From Eledone cirrhosa (Eukaryota), in assembly GCA_964016885.1 (NCBI GenBank), contig OZ024742.1:227974001-228038000 (forward strand): 64,000 bases of DNA. The letters run 5' to 3'. This document shows positions 1-12,676 of the stretch, in pieces. Below the pieces are notes generated by a model. That model saw only the letters and a program-made list of their open reading frames with translations. It had not been told where the DNA came from and did not search any database. The translations under genes were made by a program, and so were the position numbers. Positions within the stretch are counted from its first letter, which is position 1. Each line of letters opens with the position of its first letter.

Positions 1-1010
1 TAACACTGACCCTTCCACTATCACTTCCTAGTAGGTATCTCCACCATCACTGCACACCCCATCCAGTATTACTAATTCTCTGCCACACAACATCTAAAGT
101 GTCTAGATACCCTCACTTACCTTCATCACCCCTGCACACCTCCCCCCACTACCACTCCTTAGCTAGTCTCTCAATCAATATACACCCCCCCCCCCACACA
201 CACACTGCAAAAAGAAAATCCCAACACACTGGTGAGTCCCTCCCCTCACCATGTTATCAACCACACAACATATGCCTCTATTACAGCTTAGGTATTTTCA
301 CCCTTCCTATACCCCTTCCCTCCTAAACCACCTTGCCGTACATAACTTCATACTTATATTCTGTCTCCTCCTTCCACTCCCACAGAGCAGAGAGGGCTCT
401 CAGTTGGGATAATAGCCAACAACCTCTCTAGTGTTGGTGCTATGAAAATACACCCAGTGCACCCTGTAAGGTGGTTGGCAATAGGAAAGGCACCTCACTG
501 TAGAAACCATGCTAAAACGGTTGTGAAGACCTTCAGTGGCATCAATGATGAGACAACCTCTCTAGTGTTGGTGATCTACACAAACATACGCAGTATATGC
601 TGTAAAGTGGAAGGGCATCCAGCTGCAGAAAGCTTGCCAACAAAGGGTTGTGAGGACTCTTTAGTTGTGTCAAAGTACTGCTTACAAAGATAAAATGTAT
701 TAGAAAGAACACAGGAGCATATGTAAATTAGATGCAGACCCCCAATCTGTCTGGGAGGTCAGTAGCCCCACTTGAGTATTGACTCAGTCTGTGAAGACCT
801 ACCCAAAACAACTGCTAAATGATGATGATAAACATTTTAAAATATACAGTTCCACACTGTAAATGTGGTTGATGTTAGGTAGGGCATTCAGCTGTAAAAT
901 ACCTGGCCAAATTCACAGTCCTCGCTGGAGTAAGGTGTGACATGGCCAACCATGGCCAGACTTGCTTCCCGGCAAGCATGGAAGAATGGACGCTAAACGA
1001 CAATGATGAT
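1..1010 (+). mobile_element. Decayed 3' UTR and tail of an old RTE LINE
   Basis: C-rich tract, then three degenerate CTGTAAAGTGG...GAAGGGCATCCAGCTGTAGAAA modules (~455, ~595, ~855). Ends in GCAAGCATGGAAGAATGGACGCTAAAC plus a GAT-like tail, like the RTE 3' end at 10130-10802. Confidence 0.6.
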
Positions 1011-1396
1011 AAGTCCAGTATCATAGAACCAAGGTTGGTTTCAGGTAGTTTGGTGTCAAAAGAGTTAAAATAGTAAACAGTGTTGTATCATAGAACCAAT
1101 GACTGGTTTCAGGTGGTTAGGTGTCAAAGGAATAAGACAGTTTATTCAGGTTTTAATAACATAAAGAAATATGTTAGTCCCCATACCCAAATTCTATTTC
1201 AAACCCAAAGGACCTTGAAAATATTACACTGCTGTGTAATGGTGGTGGTGGAAAAGGAAGCTATAAAATTTCAATCATACCAACAATCACAAATGCTATA
1301 CAATAACCTCAAGTCATCCTACTCCCCATTCATGAAACTCAATGCCATTTGTTTTTTTAAACTATTCCATTGTGTGTGTGTGTGTCTGTGTGTATG

Positions 1397-1433
<37 letters not shown>

Positions 1434-1659
1434 ATCAAGTAAACACAAAAATGCTCACACCCTTAACACATATAAACTCTCTTTTTCACTCTCCCCACAT
1501 ATACATTATCCTCATCACACATATATATTCATCATTATCGCCATTGTAATATATATTTATATGTATAGTGAGAGATTCAACAAGAAGAAAACTGCTCTAT
1601 ATATAAGCAGAACTAATTTATTATGAATCGTACACATGAAATCCATAACACTGGCTGGA

Positions 1660-1772
1660 TTGCACAGGGTCGATAAAATAAAGTACCAGTTATGCACTGG
1701 GGTCAATTTAATCGACTCCCCCGCCCCTCTCTCTCAAAATTGCTTACCTTGTGCCTAAATCAGAAACAATTA
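1660..1772 (+). mobile_element. SINE fragment (Deu/Nin-domain-like 3' half)
   Basis: CAGGGTCGATAAAATAAAGTACCAGT...CTTGTGCCTAAA matches the 3' half of the SINE at 18137-18320. Confidence 0.65.
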
Positions 1773-1904
1773 TTGCAATTGGTAATGAATCCACCACTCT
1801 TCACCTGACATTTAAAAAGGATGACTAAAGAAATACTGACTCATTACTGATTGCAATATATGTTGTGATAAGCATGTATGTGCCTATGTGTGTGTATTCT
1901 GCGA

Positions 1905-2504
1905 CTTCGGTGATCTAATTAACAGTGGAGGAGGTTGCTCTGAGACCATAGTTGCTAGAATAAGAACAAATGAAAAATTGTTCAAGAAGCTACTACCTCA
2001 GTTGACATCAAAAGGCTGGCTGTTTATATGATGCCTGTCTGCAATGTGCAATGTTGCATGGCAGTGAGATATTGGCAGTGAATGCAGAGAATATGCAAAG
2101 GCTGGAGAGAAATTAAGTGAACATTCTTCAATGGATGTGTAATGTTAATATCTGTGAAAGACAAAACATGAATGAGCTGAAAGAAAAGCTGTGTATAAGG
2201 GGAATCAGATGTAGAGTGCAGAATAAAAGACTGTGCTGGTATGGACATTTGATGTATATGGAAGATGATTGCTGGGGAAAGAAGTGCCAACAAATCCCAC
2301 TGGAAGAAAACTGCAATAGGAGAACACGGAAGACCTGGGCAGAGGTTGTGAGAGCAAATTCCAAACGACTGAAGCTCACAGAGGAGATGATGAAGGATTG
2401 CAATGAGTGGAAGAATGCTGTGCTAGAAAAGATCTCATCCAATCTCTGCAAGCGTAGAAAAGCAGTTGTAAAGTGGTAATAATGATGATGACAGTGATGA
2501 TGAT
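1905..2504 (+). mobile_element. Old 5'-truncated RTE LINE (family C-like, no 3' UTR)
   Basis: Disrupted RT C-terminal peptide (LQWMCN...RLCWYGHL...RKTWAEVVR) followed by a degenerate (GAT)n tail. Confidence 0.8.
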
Positions 2505-2544
2505 ACACAATATATATACATAAACAGAAAATCTGCATGTCTGT

Positions 2545-2748
2545 ATTGATGTGGTAGTATAAGGGTAAAGACCTGCTTTGATCAGGAGTGTCCATGGGAT
2601 TTGCACCTAGTAAGATGCCTTCTGAGGCACGAGCCTAGGCAAGTTTGTTTGTGGAAGACCAGCAGTTGCCCATGCATACTAGCCTCCCTTCTCCATGCCA
2701 CTGATGTTGTCCAAGGGAAAGGCTGAGGCTGATATAGCTTGGCAACAA
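2545..2748 (-). repeat. Probable SINE-related interspersed repeat fragment
   Basis: GC-richer block between two RTE pieces. It resembles a cephalopod SINE 3' body from memory only, and there is no second copy in the window. Confidence 0.3.
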
Positions 2749-2749
2749 A

Positions 2750-3640
2750 TGGCTTGTGAGGGCCATACACAAAGGTGCAACCAGCAGAGTGAGAGTTGAC
2801 AATGAAAGGAATGATAAATTTGAAGTGCATGTGGGAGTCCACCAAGGCTCAGCCCTCAGTCCACTACTGTTTATCATTGTCATTACGAAAGTCTTAATAA
2901 GTAGGAAGGTGGAGAAGAGGGTGATACCACCAGAAAAGTGGCCTGATACCAGCCAGAAAGGTCTCGGCTGAAATTCCATAAGGTGCACACACTGTAATTT
3001 ATGGATGCACAAGAAATATAGTGAGACTGCAGGCAGGTTAATGGAAAAGATAGACATTGTATGTAGCAGATGCATAGAAGTAAACACAAAGAGCCCATGT
3101 GAAATGAATACCTTCAATTTCCAGGGAGGTTCCTAAGACGTTGTTGAAAGCTTTTATTACCTAGGTGACCAAATTAGCAGTTGGGGAGGATGCTTTGAAA
3201 GTGTGATAGTTAGGATAAAAACAGACTAGAATAAGTTGAGAACTGTTTGTTACCTCTGCTGATAACAAAATACTTTTCTCTCAGAGTGAAAGGTAGATTG
3301 TATGATGCCTGTGTGCGAACTGCAATACTACATGGCAGTGAAACATGGCCTTGACTGCAGCAGACCAGCTGAGGCTATAAAGAAATGAATCAAGTATGTT
3401 CGGACAGATGTGTAATGTTAGTGTGCATGAATGACATAATATAAGCAAACTGAAGGAAAAACTTGACATAAAAGGAAATGGATGTAGTATGTAAGAGAGA
3501 AAACTGTATAAACATATAGAAGATAGCAGCTGCATCAAAAAATGAAGAGAAACCACAGTGGCCAGGACCTATAGAAGAGGCAGACCCAGAAAGACTCGAG
3601 ATGAGGTTGTGAAGAGCGACCTTAAAAAACTAAACCTTAA
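2750..3640 (+). pseudogene. Decayed RTE reverse transcriptase fragment
   Basis: [16 protein letters not shown] motif, remnants of the Cys finger and LHGSETW. Many stops and deletions. Confidence 0.8.
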
Positions 3641-3971
3641 ATTAGTATGTTGCATCATTCTAATTTGAGTTATCTCCCATGTCACCAAACTATCTCCGCC
3701 TATCACACAAAATCCAGTCAGCTCATATACACATCCTTTCTCACTGCAGTCATACACGGGTTGAAAATCCGTTCAGTGAAATGCACATCCTTGAGCATGG
3801 TTTGCTAATTTGTTGTGGTACTAACTATACCAAACTCGTCCTTTAAACAGAGTGCTCTACTTACTATGGATATAAGCTCTCGATTTTTTACCACTATGTA
3901 TACATATATATATATATATATATATGTAACATGTAATTAAATATGTATATGATGCAACACTGATTCTTTGT

Positions 3972-4289
3972 AAGCTGAAACATATAGACAATATGCCCCC
4001 ACCCCCTCCCACTGAAAAGTGGTCGTGGAGGTGCCATGGCAAAAAAGCACCCAGCCCACACTGTAAAGTGGACATGTAGGCGCCATGGAAAAAAAGCACC
4101 CAGTACTCACTGTAAATGAGGTTGGTGTTAGGAAGGGCATCCAGCTGTAGAAATCAAGCCAGAATCAGTTCCTGTATGAGCAAGACATGGTCAGCTGACC
4201 AGACACTGCCCACAACAGGACAACCCGTCTAACCTATGCTAGCGTGGAAGAATGGACGTAAAACGGTGATGATGATGATGATGATGATG
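3972..4289 (+). mobile_element. RTE family B, 3' UTR only, with (GAT)n tail
   Basis: Near-identical to 57455-57763 and to the reverse complement of 21101-21410. Confidence 0.85.
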
Positions 4290-4290
4290 T

Positions 4291-5200
4291 TATATCAGAT
4301 TAACTGCCTGCAAATTCAAGACAAGGTTTTACCAACACCAACTTACATTTAGAAACCCAAACAGGAGAAATGCTACAACACTATCTAGCCATATTGGGGA
4401 TCTCCACAACAACACCTATACTTTATTTTTATATTTCTATATTTCATCTTAAAGCATATAATTAAATTAACTACATTATATTGTATCCCATAGTATATTC
4501 CATAAGTAATATAATATTATATGACTCCTCTCTATTCAATAATAGCTACAGATTTAATTTCAGTTTTACCTTCAACTATATACCTGCTTTTTCTACCTAA
4601 GTTTAGTTATATGTAATTAGTTACCTCTACCATTTAATTTACCATGCCATAGAGAAAAATAAGAATATGTAATGTGTTATCTATCTATCATCATATAATT
4701 TTCGTTGATATTGTTAACATTGTCTGGTGTGCGTTAGGCCATCAACTGACCACCTGTGGGCCTCTGAATAATGTGTAGGTCAAATAAATTTGGAGCTTGG
4801 AATTAATTAATTTTCCCCTCCTTCATTATTTGTATATACTCGGTCACTAGTAACCTATTTTATTTAACTATGTGGGGATGAGGAGCACTGTCACATCAGT
4901 CAGAGACACATTGCACCACATTTTCATCTACAATACAAATGCACAAATGCGCGAAATAGTTTGATTACTGCTTAATCATTCGATGATTTACTTTTGAGAA
5001 TCTTTGACGTTAGTTTTATAATTAACCACCTTTGTAACCGTATACTATTAACACTTTAATATTTATATTTCTTCACAATTTATCTTCTCTTATTTTATTC
5101 TTCCTAATATAATTTTTTATAACTGTTTATATTTATTTTTTTAATTCTTTTATACAATTTATATAGTCTTGTATACTTTTATAGCGCCTTAACCCTTTAA
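4291..5200 (+). mobile_element. Decayed Penelope-like 3' fragment (GIY-YIG remnant plus AT-rich UTR)
   Basis: 4291-4410 reads YIRLTACKFKTRFYQHQLTFRNPNRRNATTLSSHIGDL. This is similar to YVGSTSTEFKLRYNNHKNSF...STALSGILWQL in the PLE at 54240-54360. The right boundary is uncertain. Confidence 0.55.
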
Positions 5201-5559
5201 GTCTTCACTGTCAAGCTACACTGGTTTTCGACCAATATCTACTGACACAGAGTTTAATACCCCTAGACTTCTATAGCAGCAGAATCCTTGGTTGTGATTA
5301 ATGAATGACATTTTCTGAGAACAGTAGAATTTCTGTCACCACATAACAACCCTCACACCCCTGTTGCACCTACCAACCCACAATACTTAGCACTGATGCC
5401 TGTGTGACATTTGAGGATGGTTTGCTGTTACAATAACACCAAATTAGCAGACCATCCATGAATCATGTTTGCCATAATCTTGTTATCTTATATCACTAAT
5501 TCTTCAATCAACACCAGATGAAATTCGGCCTTCTGCTGTTTTTAATGAGTATATATATA

Positions 5560-5921
5560 CAGTAGAACCTCGCAGTACGAGTGCCCCATTGTACTAGTAA
5601 TTTGCTGTATGAGCCGAGGCTCGTGCAAATTTTTGTCTTGTAGTACGAGTGGAAATCCGCAGTACGAGTGAGTTTCATACAATTAATAAAACCAGTGCAC
5701 ATTTCTTTAGTATTCTCCTTTGTTATGTTTTTATAATTGTCATTTTCCTTGTAACTGCACCTTTTCTGTTTTAAAACCCATAAAAAATGACTTTTTGGTG
5801 GTTTTGGGAGGCTGGAACGGATTATTTATATTTTAATTAATTTCAATGGGGAAAATTGATTTGTAAAAGAAGTAAATCATAGAACGAGCTCAGTCATGGA
5901 ATGAATTAAACTTGTACTGTG

Positions 5922-5925
<4 letters not shown>
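5560..5925. mobile_element. Tc1/mariner-superfamily (Tigger/pogo-like) MITE
   Basis: Left TIR TA|CAGTAGAACCTCGCAGTACGAGT pairs with right ACTTGTACTGTGAGGT, which is truncated into (TA)n. Non-coding. Confidence 0.65.
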
Positions 5926-5964
<39 letters not shown>

Positions 5965-5965
<1 letters not shown>

Positions 5966-7334
5966 TAGCAGGAATACCCGTGCCTTGCTGCGTTACACAC
6001 ATTTTTTTTGTAAGAAAATGATGATTGATTTTAAATCAGTGATATAATTTATGGAGAAACACTCCATTAGGGTGTCTTAATATTATTGAAATTTGCTGAA
6101 ATTTTGTGAATAGGCATCATATCTTGTCATTTACCTATGGTTTAAATTTTATATAAATCGAAGGGAAAAAATTTTCAGCGAGGGTTTGTGACCCTGGGGA
6201 ACCCTTTGATTAAAATGAAATATACTTATCCAAGTACCCTGGGTAATGTAGTTTCAGAATATATATGGTTATGGGGGTCTATCTCCAAAACCGGTTTAAA
6301 TCTATATAAATAAATGGCAATTTCTGTCTGTTTGCGTGTGTGTTTGTTTGTGAACCTAAAACTCAAAACCTACCAAACCGATCTTGATGAAATTTGACAC
6401 GTGTGTGGGGCTCATGCCCATTTGATATCTTATGTATATTTCATTTTAATCAAAGGTATCCTGGCGTGCTCAAACCCCCGCTGAAAACCCCACTGAAAAT
6501 TTTTCCCCTTCGATTTATATGAAATTTAAACCATAGGTATATGACAAGATATGTTGCCTATTCACAAAAGTTTTGAATTGATATTTTGAAAAAAATTATT
6601 TCCAAGAAACAAAATAAGATTAAGATTTAATAATATAATTTTGATTTGATATATTACAAAAATTAATGTTTTCAAAGTTTTCATGCATTACATTTTACAT
6701 TGAGTAATATTGAAATGCAGAGTTTTTCTCCACAAATTATGTCACTGATTTAAAATCAATCACCATTTTCTTACAAAAAAATGTATGAAATACAGCAAGG
6801 CGCAGGTAATTCGGCTAGTTTCATATAAATCGAAAGGAAAAACTTTTTCAGAGAAGGTTTGTGCCGCCACAGAACCCTTTGCTTAAAATGAAATATACTT
6901 ATGCAAGTACCCTGGGCAATGTAGTTTCAGAATATATATGGTTATGGGGGTCTATCTCCAAAACCATAGGAGGAGTTTGTGAACAGGCAAACATCTATAT
7001 ATATAAAGTTGTAGTTCCCGTCTATTGGCCAACATTTTCACTATAGGGGGTTTAACCCCCATTAGGGTGTCTTAATATTATTGAAATTTGCTGAAATTTT
7101 GTGAATAGGCATCATACCTATGGTTTAAATTTCTTATAAATCGAAGGGAAAAAACTTTCAGTGGGGGTTTGTGCCCCTGGGGAACCCTTTGATTAAAATG
7201 AAATATACTTATCCAAGTACCCCGGACAATGTAGTTTCAGAATATATATGGTTATGGGGGTCTATCTCCAAAACCATAGGAGGAGTTTGTGAACAAATAA
7301 ACATACAAACAGACAGGAACTACAACTTTATATA
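5965..7334 (-). mobile_element. Nested non-autonomous Helitron cluster (outer copy on minus strand)
   Basis: Minus-strand 3' CTAG end at 5965-5968. Three related blocks (GAAATATACTTATCCAAGTACCC...TCTATCTCCAAAACC) occur at ~6215, ~6890 and ~7200. Confidence 0.6.
6301..6818 (+). mobile_element. Non-autonomous Helitron inserted in inverse orientation
   Basis: A|TC...CTAG|T termini. Internal sequence is the reverse complement of the flanking family (AAACCATAGG...CAAGATATG...CCTATTCACAAAA). Confidence 0.65.
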
Positions 7335-8189
7335 TCTATATATATAATTCCCGTTCTGTGTGTATGTGTAAAAGAGTTTCACTTGGAAAATATTCCATCG
7401 ATCTCTGTCAAATTAAACACATAGCCAAAATAGGCTACCGTTTGTAACATCAAGAAAAAGTTATTTCATAATGATTAATTTCGAAGTCACAAACTTCGAT
7501 TTTATAATCTTATAGGCTTTTGCACTAACAAATTCCATGACGGCCATTAAAGAGAGAGAGCGCGTTCCTTTTACACACTTCTTAACTCTCCCCCTTCCAC
7601 AACACAACGTTATGGGATTGTATGTGTATGTGCGTGTATATGTGTTTGTGTGTGTATGTGTGCGTGCATGTGTAATTTCCATAACGGCCAGAGAGAGAAG
7701 GATGTGTGAGAGGGAGATAGAAAGAGAGGAGTGAGAGAGAGAGAGTAAAATAAAGAAAGAGAGGAGTGTGTGTGTGACGCGAATATGATAAATACAGCGT
7801 TTATAATTTTAACTTATTTATTACACTTCTTAACTCTCCCCCTTCCACAACGTCACGTCTTGGGATTGTGTGCGTATGTGTGTGTGTGTATGTGTGTGTG
7901 TTTGTGTGTATGTGTTTGTGTGTGTATGTGTGTGTACATGATGGATGTTTTAAAATACACATTGTTCAACCGACACGGCTAACGATACATTTCTCTATGT
8001 TCACATTTTAATGACACATACCTGTAAATAAAACTTGCTCTTTTTGAATACCGTCTCATTTTTTTTTATTGAAAGAGTTGATCAGGTAAAATTATCCTCC
8101 AAGTTAAACATACAACACGGAAATTGATCATTAACATTGCAGCCCTACCAAGAACTGACACCGTCCAATGGACGGCGGTCATTTGCTAG
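7335..8189 (+). mobile_element. Non-autonomous Helitron
   Basis: 5' A|TC end. 3' GC hairpin CCGTCC-AAT-GGACGG (8161-8175) followed by CTAG|T. Internal ~60-bp duplication (7570 and 7820) and (TG)n/(GA)n tracts. Confidence 0.75.
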
Positions 8190-8301
8190 TAATATATATA
8201 TATATATATATAATGTAAAGAGTAAACAAAAATAACAAAGCAAATGACATAATACATTGAATAAATATATTAGTTTAACGCTTGAAATAACAGGAAAAGA
8301 G

Positions 8302-8337
8302 TCTTAACGTTTCGGACACTAATGCTTCATCAGAAGA
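8302..8337 (-). ncRNA. Degenerate minimal type I hammerhead ribozyme (Penelope-type)
   Basis: Minus strand reads TCTT-CTGATGA-AGCATTAGTGTCC-GAAA-CG-TT-AAGA. Stem I is TCTT/AAGA and stem II is imperfect. Confidence 0.5.
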
Positions 8338-8564
8338 TAGAATTAGAAATAAAAGATAAGATAGAAAGATAAAGAATGAGAAGTGGAAGGATCGGAAAAA
8401 AAATGAGAAAAAACACATGTGTATTCAGTCAGACATTTTGCAGATATACATATGTACACACACACACATACATTTGGCACAAGAAACAGAAGTATCAAGG
8501 CTCCGGGAATTTTACAATGCCAATGATCTAACTATCTGTAATACAAATTTAAGAAAACCAGCCA

Positions 8565-10802
8565 ATTAAGGATATGAAGACAGACAAATCATAACTACCC
8601 ATATTGTAAACCAGGTAATACAAAATGGCGTCAATCTCAATGATTGGCATAGCAGTATCATTGTAAATTACTACAAGGGCAAAGGGGATGTATTAGACAG
8701 AGGAAACTATAGAGGCATCAAGTTGATTGACCAGGTCATGAAAATTACAGAGAGTTGTTGCACAGTAGATTAGGTACCGAATTAACCTGGATGAGATGCA
8801 GTTTGGATTTGAGCAAGGAAAAAGTACTACTGATGCCCTCTTTCTTGTGAGGTAACTCCAGAAGTACCAAGCTAAAAATAAGCCTCTCTACTTGGTGTTT
8901 ATTGACCTGAAGAAAGCTTTTGACAGAGTCCTTCATTCTATAATCTGGTGGGAACTTAGAAGACTAGGTGTAGATGAGTGGCTTGTGATTGCAATTCAAG
9001 CCATGTACAGAGGAGCAGTCAGCAAGGTTAGAATTAATAATCATAGTGAGGCATTTAGGGTACAAGCAAGGGTCCATCAGCGTCTGTTCTTAGCCTTCTC
9101 CTGTTTATTATCATTCGGCAAGCTATAACGGAAGAGTTCAAAACAGGATGCCCATGAGAACTACTCTATGATGATGATCTAACCCTCATAACCAAATCCA
9201 TGGTAGAGTTAGAGAAGAAATTCCTGATCTGGAAGCATACCTTGGAATTAAAAGGCTTTAAAGTCAACTTGGTAAAGACTAAAATCCTAGTAAATAGAAA
9301 GGAAAACAGGGCCTTGATTCCTTCAGGGAAATAGCATTGCTGTGTGTGCAGGAAAGGAGCGGGTAGAAATTCCATCTTATGTCCCAAAGGCAAACTATGG
9401 GTACACAAGAGATGTAGTGAGATCTCAGACAGGTTAGCATATGTGGTAGATGCATGGGAGCAGTAAGCAGCATAGGCTTACAGGAAACAAGCTCTATTAA
9501 ATTCTCAGAGAGCTATAGTTGGTTACCTAGGTGACTAAATTAGCAGTGGAGGAGGCTGTTCTGAAAGTATAATAGCCAGAGTGAAAGCAGGATGGAAAAA
9601 GTTGGGAGCTACTACTGCTGCTAACTACAAAGGGTTTTTCCCTCAAAATGAAAGGCAGATTGTATGATGCATGTATATGAACAGCAATGTTGCATGGTAG
9701 TGAGGGCACTATGTGCAGAGGATCTGCAAAGATTAGAAAGAAATGAAGCTTACATGCTTCGATGGATGTGTAATAGTAGTGTGCATGAATAACAAAGCTT
9801 AAATGAAGTAAAAGAGAAACTAAGCATAAGAGGGATCAGATGCAGTGTGCAGGAAAAGAAACTGTTGTGGTATGGACATTTGATACATATGCAGGATGAC
9901 TTGCATAAAAAGGTGCTGGGCATTCAAAGTTGATGGAATCAACGGAAGTGGAAGACCTAGGAAGGCTTAGGATGAAGTGATAAAAGCTAACCTTGCACAA
10001 TTAAACCTCTCAAAGGAATTGACACAGGATCAAGATCTCTGATGTTATGCTGTACTGCAGAAAACCCACCTTCCCATATGCACAGAATGAAACAACATGT
10101 AGAGGTCACTGGCCTGCAACTAGCATTTCCCTACTCCTCTACCATTCACTTCCCTAGTCTTAATACCCTTGCCCTCACAAACTAAATACTTCACTCACCT
10201 TATTCATGTCCAACTTGAGCAAGACCTCCTCTCTTCCCTACCATACACGCTCCTATGGTACCTCTGATCATGCTCAACCCCTACATACAAGTGTGGAAAG
10301 TAGGACACGCTGCAAATCTGCTTCCCCTTCCATAATGCTGCTGCCACCATAAAAAGCACTTCAACACCTCCCACGTCTTAACGCTATATTCTTCTCCAGC
10401 TAAGTACCAACCTTAGACATACTTCTTCAATTCCCATCCTGCACACGCCCCTCCACCATCCATATATACCTCTCTTGTTCAACCCATGCATACAAGTACG
10501 CAAAGCTGGACATGCCCCCAACCAATGCTGCTGAAATGGCTAAAAGCTCCCAGTCCACCCTGTAAGGTGGTCAAGTTGGTGACACAACAAAAGACCCTAG
10601 TTTACCATGTAAAATGCTCATGCTGGTGAAAGAGTGCCCAGCATGTGGTTGGCATTAGGAAGGGCATCCAGCTGTAGAAACCAAGCTAGAAACGGTTCTG
10701 TATGAGCAAGATGCGGTTATCTCATCGAACTTGTCTCGCGAGACAACTCGTCTAACCCATGCTAGCATGGAAAAATGGATGTTAAACGGTGATGATGATG
10801 AT
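8565..10802 (+). mobile_element. Old 5'-truncated RTE LINE with long 3' UTR and (GAT)n tail
   Basis: NYRGIKL, FIDLKKAFDRV, degenerate YDDDL and a Cys-finger remnant, with many stops. Terminal CCCATGCTAGCATGG...GGATGTTAAACGGT(GAT)n. Confidence 0.85.
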
Positions 10803-10831
10803 ATATACACATATATACATATACACGCACG

Positions 10832-10864
<33 letters not shown>

Positions 10865-11963
10865 ACTCACACATATATATACACATACATATACACTCAC
10901 ACACACACATATATATATACACATACATATACACTCACACACACACACACACATATATATATACACTCACACACATATATATATACATAATACATTTCTT
11001 TCTATAAAATCAATGAATATACGATACTGTTTTTGATTATCTGTAGAAACCATGCCAAAATATGGAATGTTTGAACAAGATGTGATTCTCCGACCATGCC
11101 TAGTCCTCAGTGTGAAAAAAAAACAACTTAAAATGATGACGACGAAATTTCACATTCATCAAAAGAACCCTCAGATACGACTATATTATACCCAAACTCT
11201 TACATCGGTCATGTTTTTAAATTGTAACTTACATTAAGAAAGCAGTAAAGATGTTTATAACACTACCGCGACACCATAGTTAAATGATGGTGGAACGTCA
11301 TCATCTGCTAATCCCATGTACACGTGAACATGAATCAAATGGTGGGTGTTCTTAACCTGACATCTGTTTGTAATGATTGCTGTTATTGCTGCTGCTAAGG
11401 TTACCATGAAGGCATTTAATCAAACATTATCGACTACTTACTCTGATAGGTGTTGCAAATATTTAATTCTTAACGTCCTGTACCACACGAAATCACATTT
11501 GCGCGACATTCTTAAAATACAAAACAGCACCATGACAGCACCACTTTAAATATTCAATTCTTTACTTTAATTCTGAAAATTTCCACAACGATCTATCCAG
11601 ATACTATAAACGTTTGAATTAAAAAAAAAAAAAATGTTATATATTATTACAGGGTGTTAATTGTTAAACATTTACTAAATATTAAAATATTAACTATAGT
11701 TAATATATTTAACTATCAGGACCTTGTTTCATCATAACTCTTTTAATAACGTATATTTGTTAAAGACATTGCAGAGATACGTTTTCCATTATGTAAATTA
11801 CGATTACGTTGGTAAAATTTATTTTTCAAAAATTCATTTTTAAATAATCCCGTTCGTTAATCATTGAATAATTTTGAACTATGTTTGTAGTTGGCTAAAC
11901 AAACTGGGAAATTTTATTCATCATACCTTCCAATTTCATGTTGATAATGAATATCAATCAGGA

Positions 11964-12080
11964 TAATTGGTTCTACCTTCGGCACAAGGCCAGCAATTAT
12001 CTTAGTGCATTACTGGTGCTTTATTTTTATCGACTCTGTAAGGATGAAAGGCAAAGTTAACCTCAGCGGGGTTTGAACTC
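11964..12080 (-). mobile_element. SINE (Deu/Nin-domain-like), 5'-truncated
   Basis: Reverse complement of the 18137-18320 SINE. Flanked by imperfect direct repeats AATATCAATCAG(G/A)ATAAT. Confidence 0.7.
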
Positions 12081-12264
12081 ATCATAAATATCAATCAGAA
12101 TAATGTCAGACTTTTATAGAAGAAGTAATGTCATTTCTACAACTAGGAACTGTGAAATGAATAAATAAATAAATTTAACTTTTTTTATAAATTTCCCTAA
12201 CATAATCGTAATCTGCATTTTGGAAAATGTGGATTATATATCTGCAACAATAAAAACATATACA

Positions 12265-12500
12265 TGACTCTTGGGCAAGTGTCTTCTATAGCCTGGGGAT
12301 CACCAATGTCTTGTGAGTGGAATTTGGTAGGCGGAAATTATGTGGAAGCCGTCGTGTGTTGATGTCACGTAACTTCGTGGTTCAGCGAAAAGACATTGAT
12401 GGAATAAGTACTAAACTTGAAAAAAATATTTGTAGTTGGATCGATATGATCCTTCACGGTTGTCTCAACATGAGCACATTTTAATGACCGAAACGAGAAG
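12265..12500 (+). mobile_element. Decayed SINE of a second family
   Basis: CTTGGGCAAGTGTCTTCTATAGCC...TTGTGAGTGGAATTTGGTAG motif, typical of the body downstream of a tRNA-derived SINE head (recalled, unverified). Confidence 0.45.
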
Positions 12501-12676
12501 TATATGTGCTCATGTATATATAAAGGTTTTGTAAACTCGTAAACCTCATGTTTACAACATAGGCTTTCTGTCCGCCCGTCTAACTTTTGACTCAACACAA
12601 CTTGGATTTGGTGAGATAAGGTGTATTTTGATAAGTATGTAACAATATTTACCGCATATTGTTATATAAATATATA

